Shown here piece after piece: positions 23,888-34,870 of a DNA stretch of 64,000 nucleotides; the stretch's first letter is position 1, and every line of letters begins with the position of its first letter. A model generated the notes under the pieces. It saw nothing but the letters and a program-made list of their open reading frames with translations, did no database searches and was not told where the DNA came from. The DNA lies in the NCBI RefSeq assembly GCF_024521635.1, contig NW_026250407.1, forward strand, positions 434,001 to 498,000. The letters are read 5' to 3'. The stretch is from Tricharina praecox (Eukaryota). The position numbers and the translations under genes are program-made.

Positions 23888-24895
23888 ATGCCCACAATCA
23901 CCTCCAAGCCCACTGGCCCCATCGGCTTCGGCCTCATGGGTTTCACCTGGACTCCCACGCCTACTCCGGACGCGCAAGCCTTCGCCGCGATGTCCGCCGC
24001 GCTCGCGGGCGGCGCCAACTGCTGGAACGCGGGCGAGTTCTACGGGATGCCAGGCACCCGCACGGCGAACCTTGAGCTTCTGAACCGGTACTTCACCGCG
24101 CACCCATCCGACGCGGCAAAAGTGGTGTTGTCGGTCAAGGGCGGGGCGGACCTTACCAGCGACCACTTGACGTCGCAGGGCGACCGCACGGGCGTCCGCC
24201 GCTCCGTCGAGAACGTCCTGCGCGTGCTCGACGGAAAGGTCTTCCTTAGCATATTCGAGTGCGCAAGGGTCGATAAGAATACCCCCATCGAGGAGACCGT
24301 CGCCGCCATCGCGGAGTTTGTCAAGGATGGCAGGATCGGCGGAGTGGGCCTTAGTGAGGTCAGCCCCGAGACGATCCGCCGCGCGGCGAAGGTCCACCCC
24401 ATCGCTGCCGTAGAGATGGAGGTCAGCCTCTGGAGCCGCGAGGTGTTCGTCCCCGGCGGCGTGGCCGACACGTGTGCCGAGCTCGGGATCCCGATCATGG
24501 CGTATAGCCCGTTGGGCCGCGGGATCTTGGCCGGCAGGTTTACCAAGCCGGAGGATCTTGAGGATGGGGATATGCGCAAGATTTTCGACCGCTTCCAGCC
24601 GGGGAACTTCGAGAAGAACCGGGTGATCGTCGAGAACCTGGATAGGATTGCCGAGAGGAAGGGGTGCAGCAAGGCGCAGGTCTGTTTGGCCTGGGTGTTG
24701 GCCCAGGGAAATAAGCCCGGCAAGGCGACGATTGTTCCTCTGCCCGGAGCGACAGGCGTCGATAGGGTGGAGGAGAATTGTAAGCTTGTGGAGTTGAGTG
24801 AGGAGGAGCTGGAGGAGGTTAATGGTATGATGAACGAGGTGGATGTGCATGGCGGCAGGTACAATGAGTGGATGGCGCCCGGTTTGATGGTCTGA
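23888..24895 (+). CDS. Aldo-keto reductase (pyridoxal reductase/Yakc-like)
   Basis: Intronless 335 aa. GPIGFGLMGFTW, WNAGEFYG, VVLSVKGG, IFECARVD, GLSEV, AYSPLGRG, PLPGAT. Confidence 0.92.
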   Translation: MPTITSKPTGPIGFGLMGFTWTPTPTPDAQAFAAMSAALAGGANCWNAGEFYGMPGTRTANLELLNRYFTAHPSDAAKVVLSVKGGADLTSDHLTSQGDRTGVRRSVENVLRVLDGKVFLSIFECARVDKNTPIEETVAAIAEFVKDGRIGGVGLSEVSPETIRRAAKVHPIAAVEMEVSLWSREVFVPGGVADTCAELGIPIMAYSPLGRGILAGRFTKPEDLEDGDMRKIFDRFQPGNFEKNRVIVENLDRIAERKGCSKAQVCLAWVLAQGNKPGKATIVPLPGATGVDRVEENCKLVELSEEELEEVNGMMNEVDVHGGRYNEWMAPGLMV

Positions 24896-25425
24896 TGGAT
24901 GTATACGTTCTGTTTGTTCTTTGATATTTCTCTCTACTCACTCTACTGTACCGTATGACGATTCAATACTTTCTTCGTGCGATAACCGATCACTCACTCG
25001 ACGAATGAGTGACATAATGTGTTTGTCTGATACAACGTACGTACGCCTACCTATCAGATATCAGGATCTTGGGAGTATTTTGTTGGAGGATAGAGAACCT
25101 GATCTCGGGGAAAGTGTATCTACATAGATTTGATATCGTCCATGGCCTGTGTTATCGACTTTCGGCTGGATCTAGTGGTCTGTATGTACTGTAAAATGAA
25201 ATCGATCAAATATGGAACAGGTGGGCTTCCGCTGTAGTCACTCGTCGTTCGCCAAAATGCGACCTCCTTCGTGTCCACCAACATATGGAAAAAATGATGA
25301 ACAAAGTCTCACTCCTTCAACGGCCAAAACGAATGATATTGCCAACAGACGCCCCATGAACATTAACCCACTCCTGAAAAGAACCCCCACCAAAATAAGA
25401 GTATAAAACGCCGGCCAAGAATATC

Positions 25426-28124
25426 TCACACAAATTCTGCGTCAGGCATGTTGAACAGGCCCTGCACACTCATCCAATCTATCTCCTTCTTCTGAAGCGA
25501 AAAGAGATGGTGCTTGCCAGTACCCCGCTTCTGTGACGTTGTCGGATCGAGACAAACCAACTTCTCTTTTGCGTCCACTGAGCTCACCTGGTGACCGACG
25601 CACGAGTACTTGGTTCCACGTCTCACATCCAAACAGACGAGTGCGTAGCCTTGCGGAGTCATTACCTGTGCCATAATCAATCCGCTCAGCAACATGGTCC
25701 ACATGGTGAGCGGAACGTCGATCGAGAAGCCGTCGTCGGAACGTCTCGTAAAGGCGAAGTTGTAGGGCCCACGCGTGTGGAGGATCGTCGTGCGCTCCTC
25801 GTGCAAAAGTTTGGCGATTATGAGTTGCTCGGGAATGCCGGTGACGTCGTGGAGTTCGCTGATGCTTTTGCATTGCACCGTGAAGTTCAGAAAGTCTCGC
25901 CACGACCAGGTCTCAACTCTGACGCTTTTGCAGATCAGTACAAGAAAGGCGGCGAGAACCCAGGCGTACTGTTGGATATATTTCATCAGCTTCGAGTTAA
26001 ACAAGGATTACTTGGGGGGAAGGCATACAGTCGTAATATTGAAAGGATCGACTGCCACGATTCTGTTGCGAACTGTGAAGCCTATGGCCAGACCACCAAC
26101 CACAAGAATGGCAGCCGAAGTGATAACGGTCCATACGTAGAATCGACAATTCACTATTACGGCTTTTTGATCGAAAATCCATTCATTCATCCTTTCGTTC
26201 GCATCTCTGATGCTGAGGGCATTGACACGCGCAGATGCATTTCGAGAGGACACGGTAGTGTCCATGAATCGAGTGGAACCGGAAATAGCTGCGATCTTCG
26301 GCCCAGAAAGGAGCTTGTCCCTGGTCATCAAACCTTTGGACAATGTTGAAACATAACCGCCTTTTTCGCCCCCCGCATTCTCAAAGTCGCTGGTGTATAT
26401 ACGGAAAAATGCCTTGAATTTCGTCGTCTCATAAGGTCGAATCGTTTCGTCCGGATTCTCGACATTGGTGAGAGCAATCAGCCTGATTATGTCAATGGTT
26501 GCTGAAACAATCATTGGAGATGTTATGAGAAGTGCGACTGTGACAGTGATGATATTTCTCATGCTTTCCAGAGGCAAGTGTTGTTCCGGAGTGTGTCCCT
26601 GGTCCAAAGGGTTGTGAGGAGCTCCATCTTCATGGCCTACCATGTCGCTACTATAACTCCAGGTAACCTTAGTCTGTAGCGTGGAAGTGGTAGTACCTGC
26701 GATTGAAGGCGGGTTGCGAGTATATTCTCTCCGGAGGGATTGCACGGTTCTGTCCAGAATAGCAAAACCCGAGTGAGCGATATTCAGGCAGGGCGGGTCC
26801 GAAGTGGCTAGAAGCTCTCCCTCGCGGTCCCTGAAAAGCAGTGTTTGGAAGCCCTCGAGCCCAGTCTCGCTATGGAAATCAGTAAGGATTGTATGTACAA
26901 TGGCTGGATGAATGGCCAAGTATATGCTTACTAAACAATGGAGCAGATCTCGTATTTGGTGAGACAACCAATCCTCTGTTCCGTCAAACTGGCAAGCAGA
27001 TACTGCACCAGGTCTTCGAGTTGCCTATATTTCTTTTTCTTGGCAATATAAAACTCTTTGAGGCCTTGATCCATGGTTTCAATATCTCGTTTCTCCCCAG
27101 GACCGCCTCCGACCACTTCCGGAAGTTTCCGCTTCGAATTGTCGGACTCGGTCTTCTCTTCGGTTCTGTCCAAAGACACGGTAGAAAAAGCGGCCGGTTT
27201 TTCGGAGATGATCTTTATCGCTGTTGACCAGGTAGCCAGGATTGCAAGACAATTTTGTGCCCACTCATCACTGTAAGCGGCTTGAATGAAAAAGCGAGCG
27301 AAGACCGCCGTGGTGTAGTCCACCAGACAGAATATGGCAGTGCGGCTTTCCTCGTCCGTCATTTCGTCGTCCATGGAACCGGTCTCGAATCTACAGAGAA
27401 ACCTCCGGTCCCGCTCGTATGCCTGGCTGACGTGGAGATCTTTGCAATGCTTCAGAAGGAGGAACTCATTGTCGTGGCGTCTGATCCTATCACAATCCAA
27501 AATGCGGTCGGCCAGATTTGCAAGGCAACGGTATGCACGCGGCGAGCCCGAGTCATCCTTGAACAGAGTATCATCGGAGAACTGCAATTCTTCCTCTCTA
27601 TTGTTGGCGTACCTCACCAAGCGACGTACTTCCCTCTCCCACAGCTCGCGTGACTGGTCGTCGGTGACGCCATAGTGCTCCAGATGATCAAAGGCTGGCA
27701 AATCCTTCGGGGCGATATCCCTTCTGATATTAGAGGGCACCTTAAAATCTTTATGCTCTAAGACACACTTCATGACGTCTTCCTCTTTGATGTTAGGCTT
27801 CTGGGCCCGTGGGACTTGCTCGTTGTTCAGCATGCCAACAGCCGATGCATGGCTTGCGGGTTCGACGGGCTTCTTCTTCTGACTTCCGACAAAGTTTATG
27901 AACTTCGCTTTGACCGCATCCAGCCGTCCCAAAGACGTAAGAGGCGGTATTGTAGGGGGAATTGGAAGAGCGTTTACTCCCAATGGTGTGGGTAGCTGCC
28001 GCCGCCGTGGTACCTTCGACCGCGGCGAGTGATGCGAGCTCGCGAAAGTGACCGCGGGAATCGAGCTTAAAATCGGGACCGGGACCAGACCTCCAGGAGC
28101 CGCCAGAGTGGGTGTCGAAGCCAT
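25426..28124 (-). CDS. Uncharacterised fungal membrane protein (about 860 aa, C-terminal transmembrane helices)
   Basis: Three track ORFs join through introns 26931-26870 (GTAAGC..ACTGAT..TAG) and about 26028-25970 (GTATGC..CAG). TM-like segments YVWTVITSAAILVVGGLAIGF and YAWVLAAFLVLI; conserved-looking WSWRDFL, CKSISEL and TRGPYN. Start codon uncertain. Confidence 0.7.
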
Positions 28125-29389
28125 GGGGATTATCGCAAGGTTTCTGAGAGGTATTGTTTGCAGAGAGGTTGCTGGTTCCTCGATCGAGTTAACAGGGAAG
28201 TGTTTCAAACAAACGGGAAAATAGATCAGTGGGACAATATCCTAGAAGTCGGAGCTTGAGCTGGTATTTGGGTAGACCTAATACCGTAATGACAGACGTA
28301 TGACACCGTTCTATGGGTATATAACACATCTGGTTCGTAGCTTTGCGGAGTTACTCTTTCTTTTCTTTTTCCCCGTCATCAATTGCGTGCGACCATCCCC
28401 CGGCCTGCCGCTGCGGAATCATTAAGGCAGTGGGTTGCACCGCCCGGCCTTCCTCTTTCGCTTCCTCCTCCGTACCTGATTTCCACTGGAGTCTGGCTGC
28501 CTCCTCCTCCTCTTCCACCACCACTGCGGCGGGTCGGCTGCTAACACACGTTGTCACCAGGAAGTCTAGCACTGCCTAACTACACCGCTCATCCGCAAGC
28601 AGTTCCAAGACTTTTGTGCGGCCCTTCGCTGACGCATTCTATGTGCCGAGGACAGAGCCTCGGGGCGGGCTGGCCTTCTTTCTTCCTGGGCGGTTCTAAC
28701 TTCTCTTTACGTGGAGTCCAAAAATCCTTTGATCGTCTTCCACCTGGGGTAGTTCTTGAAAAGGTGCTCCATCCCCGCCCGACATCGAGGCGCACACCCC
28801 TTTTCTCCTTCGCTTCATCATGGATTGTATGCGACCTGGCCGTATCATGGTGGACACGTCGATTTACGTTGGTATTGCGGGCAACCAAGCATTGTGCGCA
28901 CTTTTGTGCGAATAATTTCTATAATTGAGGTGTGTCTGCGTCAGACCCAATGAGAAACACACTTCCTTCCCTCGCAAGGCTCTAGAAGCACATCGCATTG
29001 CCAACCAATACCACATTGACAACAGACCCCCACAATCCTCAGCTGCATCCGATAATGTGCCGTCTCAGACGGACAAGCGCCGCTGGGCGGTCTATCGCCG
29101 ATAAGGTCTATCCCGTTCACGAAGGTGCTCAGCTGAAAATCCTCACATCTGTGAGGACGATACGCTATTGACGTGACGAGGCGCAGGCTGCAGCATCTTC
29201 GAAGTCTCGAATATCCCCACCTCCAGTTCGTAGGTAAAGGCGTGCGTGCGTGATAAGGTTTAATATCTGGTTGATCCCCAGAGCACTCGTCTAGTTTAAA
29301 CTACCAGTGACCACGACTACCGTCCTGCTGCCATATCCAACACCCCGCACCAAACACGAAGCGAATTTCACAGCAACACAGGTGACAGA

Positions 29390-31727
29390 ATGACGACTAT
29401 GGCTGAATACCGCTCGGTATTGCAACGAGAACCTCCTACAAAACCTGCTGCGGCCCCTGGAGACGGCTCGGACGACTCCAGCAGCTCCGACGAGGAAGTG
29501 CCAACAACCAAGATTGCACACGAAGACCTGACCGAAATCATAAACTGGTGCGGATCGGAAGTATTGAGAACCAGTCAATTCGTGTCGTCCCAGAACAAAT
29601 CGAAGAAGAATGGGCCGCCGGCCAAGAAGTTCGGCGAATACGCCATTGTAACTCGGCGGACGCTGGATGATGATCGACGCACGGTGCTTTCGGTGGTCAT
29701 GGAGATACAGTCCAAGCGGCTGCAGAAAGAACTGCAGAAGATGGTCGAGTTCCCTGGAGCAGTGGACCTGAAGGCGAATCCGATCTTGATCCCAAAGCCG
29801 TACCAACTGCTGTTCTACGAGCGAGACAAGATCCGGAGGTTCAAGCACGAATCGACAGAACTCGGAAATGAGATGCAGCTACTTGCGGATTTCATCCGCA
29901 CGGACGACGGCATAAGATCCATACGAAAAGAACACAAGTACCTAATTTCCCGTCGTAAAATATCCTGGCGAATCGTGTGGACTATTTTCCAGCCGGGACA
30001 GCTGGTCGTCTTCAACATCGATGGAGTTGTCACGATCCGTCGTCTTGTGAAGTTCAAACTTGCTCAGTTAAATTTCATGGCTGTTGGTCTTGGGATAGGC
30101 TACAACGGCACACGTCTGGGAGAGACAAAGGATCGAAGAATTCTCCGCCCGTTCAACGGTATCCGGGATATCGAGTCACTTCCTGTTGTTCCCCTCAAGT
30201 ACTGGAAAGATGGAGAGAAGCTTAAAGAAAGACTGATCGAGAGAGGCAAGAAGTGGGTGCGGTTGGTGAAAAGTCCTCGGCACATGGCATTCAACGGACT
30301 GTGTGAAAATCCCTTCGGGAACGATTTTCTGGTTAGTGGGGCACTATGGAATGATTCCCTACGTACCTGCTAATCCGTTCCCATCTCCTTCAGCTGAACG
30401 AACGAATCATCTTGGACAATGATGCGTTTTTGGACGAATACGTATTGTACCGTCCGAAACTTCTTCCAGAACCCACCAACGAAGCCGATCAGGCCAATGG
30501 AGCGTCATGCATCCCAAAAGATGCCGATCTCTCAGATGACGAGGATGATGGTCAAATTTCTGTCGCCGGTTCCGAACCGGTTCATGTATCAGCTGCGGAT
30601 GCTGCTGGTGCGGACCCTTTGTCAGAGGAAATCGATTCCACCGCCAAAAACCTCGAGTCCGAGCCCGAAGAAGACAAAGAACTCACGGATGACGAGTACT
30701 GGCGGTGTCCTGCCCGGATCCCTGGGTTCCCTCTCCGGTCAAAGAAATGGGGCTTCTTTCTAATCGAGGAGCCCATGCTCACCGAGATACAATGGAAGGA
30801 TGGTGCGTTCGACATGCTTCAGATGGTGAAATTCAAGAAAGATCTCGTCAAGTCTCTTATCGATGGGCATAAGAATGAAGTACGGACCTTTGACGACATA
30901 GTGGAGGGCAAGGGCAGAGGACTTGTATTCCTGCTGCATGGCCCTCCTGGACTGGGCAAGACTCTGATGGCTGGTATAATATATTCTCCTCTTCATAACT
31001 CCAGTGGGTTCGCAGGCACTGAGCTGATCGGCAATCACAGAGAGTATATCAGAACACACAAGACGGCCTCTGTATTCAATCTCGAGCGGAGAGCTCTCGA
31101 CAGAGATACAGGGGATGGAGAAGCAGATCACTCGCATCTTCAAAATGGGCAATAAATGGAAAGCACTGGTATTACTGGATGAGGCCGATGTCCTGTGCGT
31201 GCACCCACCACATAAGTACCTATCAGTCAGGCGCATTGAAAACTGACTAGCTGTATAGGATGTCACGGCGAACCCCCGGCAATCTCGAGCAGAATGCGAT
31301 CGTCTCCGTGTTCCTACGGCTGATGGAATATTACGAAGGAATCCTCTTCCTGACCACCAACCGGCACGAAGATTTCGACGACGCCATCTACAACCGCATC
31401 CACATCACGCTGGCATTCGAAAAGATCTCCCACGACGTGCGGCAGGTCATATGGCGGAATATCCTCGAATCCAACGCCGCTATCATCGACATCGACAAGA
31501 AGTGCTGGACACCCGAAGTCTTCGCCGTACTGGGAAAGTTCGAGATCAACGGCCGCTCCATCAAGAACCTCCTTAGGACGGCCGCATGCTTCGCCCAGTC
31601 GGAGGGACGACCGTTGGCCGTCAGACATCTGTATGCGGTCATGAGGGTGAATCTGTTGGTAGAGGAGAAGTTTAGGGCGGCAATGGAGGGGCTGACCGAA
31701 TTGATACCGCCACAACCTGAGTCATAG
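29390..31727 (+). CDS. Fungal AAA+ ATPase (single AAA module with long N-terminal domain, DUF7025-like architecture)
   Basis: Walker A GPPGLGKT, Walker B VLLDEADV, FLRLMEYYEGILFLTTNR, lid NGRSIKN, GKGRGLVFLLHG. Introns about 30332-30393, 30974-31040 and 31196-31258. Confidence 0.9.
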
Positions 31728-32632
31728 GGGCGAACGTTTGGTGAGTGGTTTTATCTATCTGCCTACCTAATATACCTACCTGGGTGAAGATGGAGCGTTT
31801 GCATTGAGTATCATACGGAATCTATAGGCCTTTGCAGCCAAGTCTGCTCGCGGATGATGTTGTTCAAAAATCAAGTATGGTGACAATATACAGGGTAAGT
31901 CGTGACCGCCTCCATTCCACCGTAAATGCCAAGGCAGTTGCTTTCCACACAGAATCTCTACAGAATCTCACCATATCTCACTCATCTCGCTGTATCGGGC
32001 TAGTGTATAGCCTTATTGGGACTAACTATGGTCCCATACAACTGCTCTGGAGGCGGTTACAACTTAAGGCTTCCTCCTTGCACAAAGTACACACATACAT
32101 GCGGTAGTTAACCTGTCGCCGGCGCTGAGCGCGGAAGTGCGCGGGTATTTGGGCTTTTGAAGGGAGGAGTGAGGTACTATATCGAGTACAGTACACAACT
32201 CCACCTTTCGTTTAGATAGGCTGCATGTGAAATAAATTGAAGATCTCTCTCTCTCCCCACCTTTCGCTGGTATCCGTTCCAGACACAGATCGGCACGGTC
32301 GTGCGCTGCCGCTTCTCTTTCTCCCCACTCCACACGGTTTTTTCCATATCATCCAGGACCCAATGGCCAATAGGTACTCTACTATATATGTGGGGATGTT
32401 CTATCCTCTGTGCACGTCCCCACCAACAAACCCGCCTCCTACCCATCATGTATGCAGGGTAACAAAAGGAGTTTAGCAAGTATCTAGTGTACAAGAACAA
32501 AAAGGAGGTTCAGATTCCATGAACGTCAACGACCTTTTAGTAAACTTCGGCAGCTGGGTTTTTGCAAAATTTTCTTTATGTGCCACTGGTACAATCACAT
32601 TTCCAACTTCGACGCATCATAACTCCCGCCGT

Positions 32633-32684
32633 CGCCAGTTCAGTTCGCCAGTTCAGTTCGCCAGTTCAGTTCGCCAGTTCAGTT
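32633..32684. repeat. 13-bp tandem repeat (CGCCAGTTCAGTT) x about 4
   Basis: cgccagttcagttcgccagttcagttcgccagttcagttcgccagttcagtt. Confidence 0.85.
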
Positions 32685-32871
32685 AAGTTTAGGTATGCGA
32701 GTAGTAGTCACGAGCAGCATTGCTATTCGACATCGCCGCCGAGAGAGATCACGCCCACGCCCTTGCCCTTGCATCGTTCCCGCGTTTCGGTTCCCCTGAA
32801 CTGAACGAGAACGAACGATAACGAACGAACCCTCGAAAACTTGTCGCGACCGACCGACCGAAGCGAAAAAC

Positions 32872-32961
32872 AGAACCCGAACCCGAATAGAACCCGAACC
32901 CGAATAGAACCCGAACCCGAATAGAACCCGAACCCGAATAGAACCCGAACCTGAACCCGAA
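32872..32961. repeat. Tandem repeat (GAACCCGAACCCGAATA)n immediately upstream of the 32961 ATG
   Basis: About 5 copies of a 17-bp unit built from GAACCC. Confidence 0.9.
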
Positions 32962-34598
32962 TGGACCCGATCCGATCTCACGTTGTCTCGTTCCAGGCAG
33001 CTCAGCTCAACACAATGGACCCTGTTCCTCCAACACCAACACCCAACCCTGTGCGCTCCGCGCCACCATCCACCCCGCCGTCCGACTACCAGCTGCCCAC
33101 GCCCATTACCCTCCCGCCGCCGCAGCAGAAGCAGCAGAAGCAGCCGCAGCCGCAGCAACGAGAGCGCTACCGCAACCTGCTACCGAACCAGCCGCCGCCG
33201 AACCAGCCGCCGCCGAATCAGCCGCCGCCGAACCAGCAGCCGCCGAGTCAGCATCAGTCGAGCCATCAGCAGCCGATCATACTCAGCGACACAATTTCGG
33301 CGTCGCCGGAAGCGCGGAGTCCGCACGTGTCGTCGTGTGGTGGCAGGGAGGATGGCGACGTATCGGAGATATCGGCGAAGGAGCTGGGGGAGCGGAAGCA
33401 GCGCATCAGCATGCGCGACGAAGACGTCAAGACCCAGCTGGTGCAGCTGTGCATCGACCACTTTGCCGACTACGTGCAGGCGCGCCGCAAGGACAGCTTC
33501 ATGGATATGATCCAGGCCATGTTTGCGGCCCAGACGGGATTCGACGTATCTGTGAAGGGCCTCATGTACCGCTGGCCGAAGCAGAGGAGACTCTACTTGG
33601 AGGAGCGCGAGAAGACGAAGAGCGCTACCGCTACTCGTAACTATGGAGATTTTGACCGGGCTGTGGATCGCTGGATCGTGCTGGTGGATGAGGTGGCGGC
33701 TCAGGCTGCCGCGCAGAGATCCCAGGCAAAGCAGGAGCAGGAAGCGGAGCAAGCGGCGCGTTGGATGGAAGCTGGTAAAGTGGCGGACGAGATGAGGGCC
33801 CTCTACTCGGGGAAGGGGGGGGCAGAGCCAGCGGCGCTGCAAAAGGCCATACAAGAGGTGGGAGAGGAGCGTTTCAAGGAAGCAAGTAAAGTGTGGGACG
33901 GGGTGAAGGCCCTCTATTCGGAGAGGAGGGGAGAGCCAGTGAGGGTAGAGCCAGTGGCGCGGGAAAGAACCATGCAAGAGGTGGAAGAGGAGCGTTTGCA
34001 GCAAGCAAGGCCACTGCAGGAAGGGATGAGGATCATCTATCCGGAGAGGAGGGTAGAGCCAGTGGCGCGGGAAATGACCATGCAAGAGGGGGAAATGCAG
34101 CGTATCCGGGAAGGAAGTAAAGTGCGGGACGCGATGAGGACCCTCTATTCGGAGAGGAGGAGGGAAGAGCCAGAAGCCGCAGAAGGGAGTGTCGATAACA
34201 AGCGGAAAGGAGCCGATGGCCGGCATGACTATCCTGCAGAGCTCAAGAAGAGGGTTACGGATCAAATTATGGACGCCATGAGGCAAGATACGACACAGAT
34301 GATAGATGCGTTCCAGGCGATCGAGGGGAAGAAGATGGACAGGCTGGAAGAGATCTTGCTTCGTGTTTCAGGAGTGCAGGGTGCCAGACCTCAGGAGTCA
34401 CTGGGAACTCGCTTGTCGGATAGGGTAGAGGTAATTGAGAGGAGTGTCGCAGGCATTAGAGGAGTGCGGAGTGGACCACCTCAGGAGTCAGTGGAATCTC
34501 GCTTGGTGGATAGGGTGGAGGCAATTGAGAGGAGTCTCGCAGGTATGAAGACAGCCATCGAGCAACTTGTGAGAGTGTTAGAACATCGAGGCTTTTAA
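32961..34598 (+). CDS. Intronless 545-aa protein with a Myb/SANT-like domain of the PIF/Harbinger ORF1 type and internal repeats
   Basis: P/Q-rich N-terminus; helical domain LVQLCIDHF...FMDMIQAMF...GLMYRWPKQRR...DFDRAVDRWI; four ~36-41-aa repeats and two ~30-aa C-terminal repeats. Convergent with a Harbinger transposase remnant. Domain assignment is by pattern only. Confidence 0.6.
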   Translation: MDPIRSHVVSFQAAQLNTMDPVPPTPTPNPVRSAPPSTPPSDYQLPTPITLPPPQQKQQKQPQPQQRERYRNLLPNQPPPNQPPPNQPPPNQQPPSQHQSSHQQPIILSDTISASPEARSPHVSSCGGREDGDVSEISAKELGERKQRISMRDEDVKTQLVQLCIDHFADYVQARRKDSFMDMIQAMFAAQTGFDVSVKGLMYRWPKQRRLYLEEREKTKSATATRNYGDFDRAVDRWIVLVDEVAAQAAAQRSQAKQEQEAEQAARWMEAGKVADEMRALYSGKGGAEPAALQKAIQEVGEERFKEASKVWDGVKALYSERRGEPVRVEPVARERTMQEVEEERLQQARPLQEGMRIIYPERRVEPVAREMTMQEGEMQRIREGSKVRDAMRTLYSERRREEPEAAEGSVDNKRKGADGRHDYPAELKKRVTDQIMDAMRQDTTQMIDAFQAIEGKKMDRLEEILLRVSGVQGARPQESLGTRLSDRVEVIERSVAGIRGVRSGPPQESVESRLVDRVEAIERSLAGMKTAIEQLVRVLEHRGF

Positions 34599-34698
34599 TC
34601 AGTATTTATTCTAATTACATCATCACTCGTTTCACATGTGACATGTCTGTTCCCAACTCCTTCCGTCTCCGCCGTAGAAATCATCTTTGTCCACAAGT

Positions 34699-34870
34699 TC
34701 ACACTCGAAGACGGTATGATGCAATCTCTGAGCCGTGATAGCAGGTGGATATGTAATAAGAACTTGCAGCAAGAATCACTGATCCAACTAGCGAAAGTCC
34801 TATCTTTAACTTCTTTTGAAAATGGGACATATCTCAAGATCACTCGCTACCTACTCTCAACGCTCTCAAG
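34699..34870 (-). pseudogene. Remnant of the C-terminus of a PIF/Harbinger DDE transposase
   Basis: Minus strand 34830-34699 reads SHFQKKLKIGLSLVGSVILAASSYYISTCYHGSEIASY, resembling the fungal Harbinger transposase tail F...LKIGLSPVG..Y.VAVLLTN..TC..GSQIS.YF. An ESVE fragment lies upstream in another frame, followed by a stop. Confidence 0.55.

Noticed and set aside
23861..24864. 329-aa and 274-aa minus-strand ORFs
   Set aside because: Antisense shadows of the aldo-keto reductase.
20767..24895. CYP53 plus aldo-keto reductase as a secondary-metabolite cluster
   Set aside because: No backbone synthase, transporter or pathway regulator nearby; CYP53 is a widespread detoxification enzyme.
32633..32961. 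Regularly spaced repeats as a possible CRISPR array
   Set aside because: Head-to-tail tandem units with no unique spacers, no cas genes, and a eukaryotic context.
33180..34286. 368-aa minus-strand ORF with repeats
   Set aside because: Mirror of the repetitive plus-strand ORF 32961-34598.
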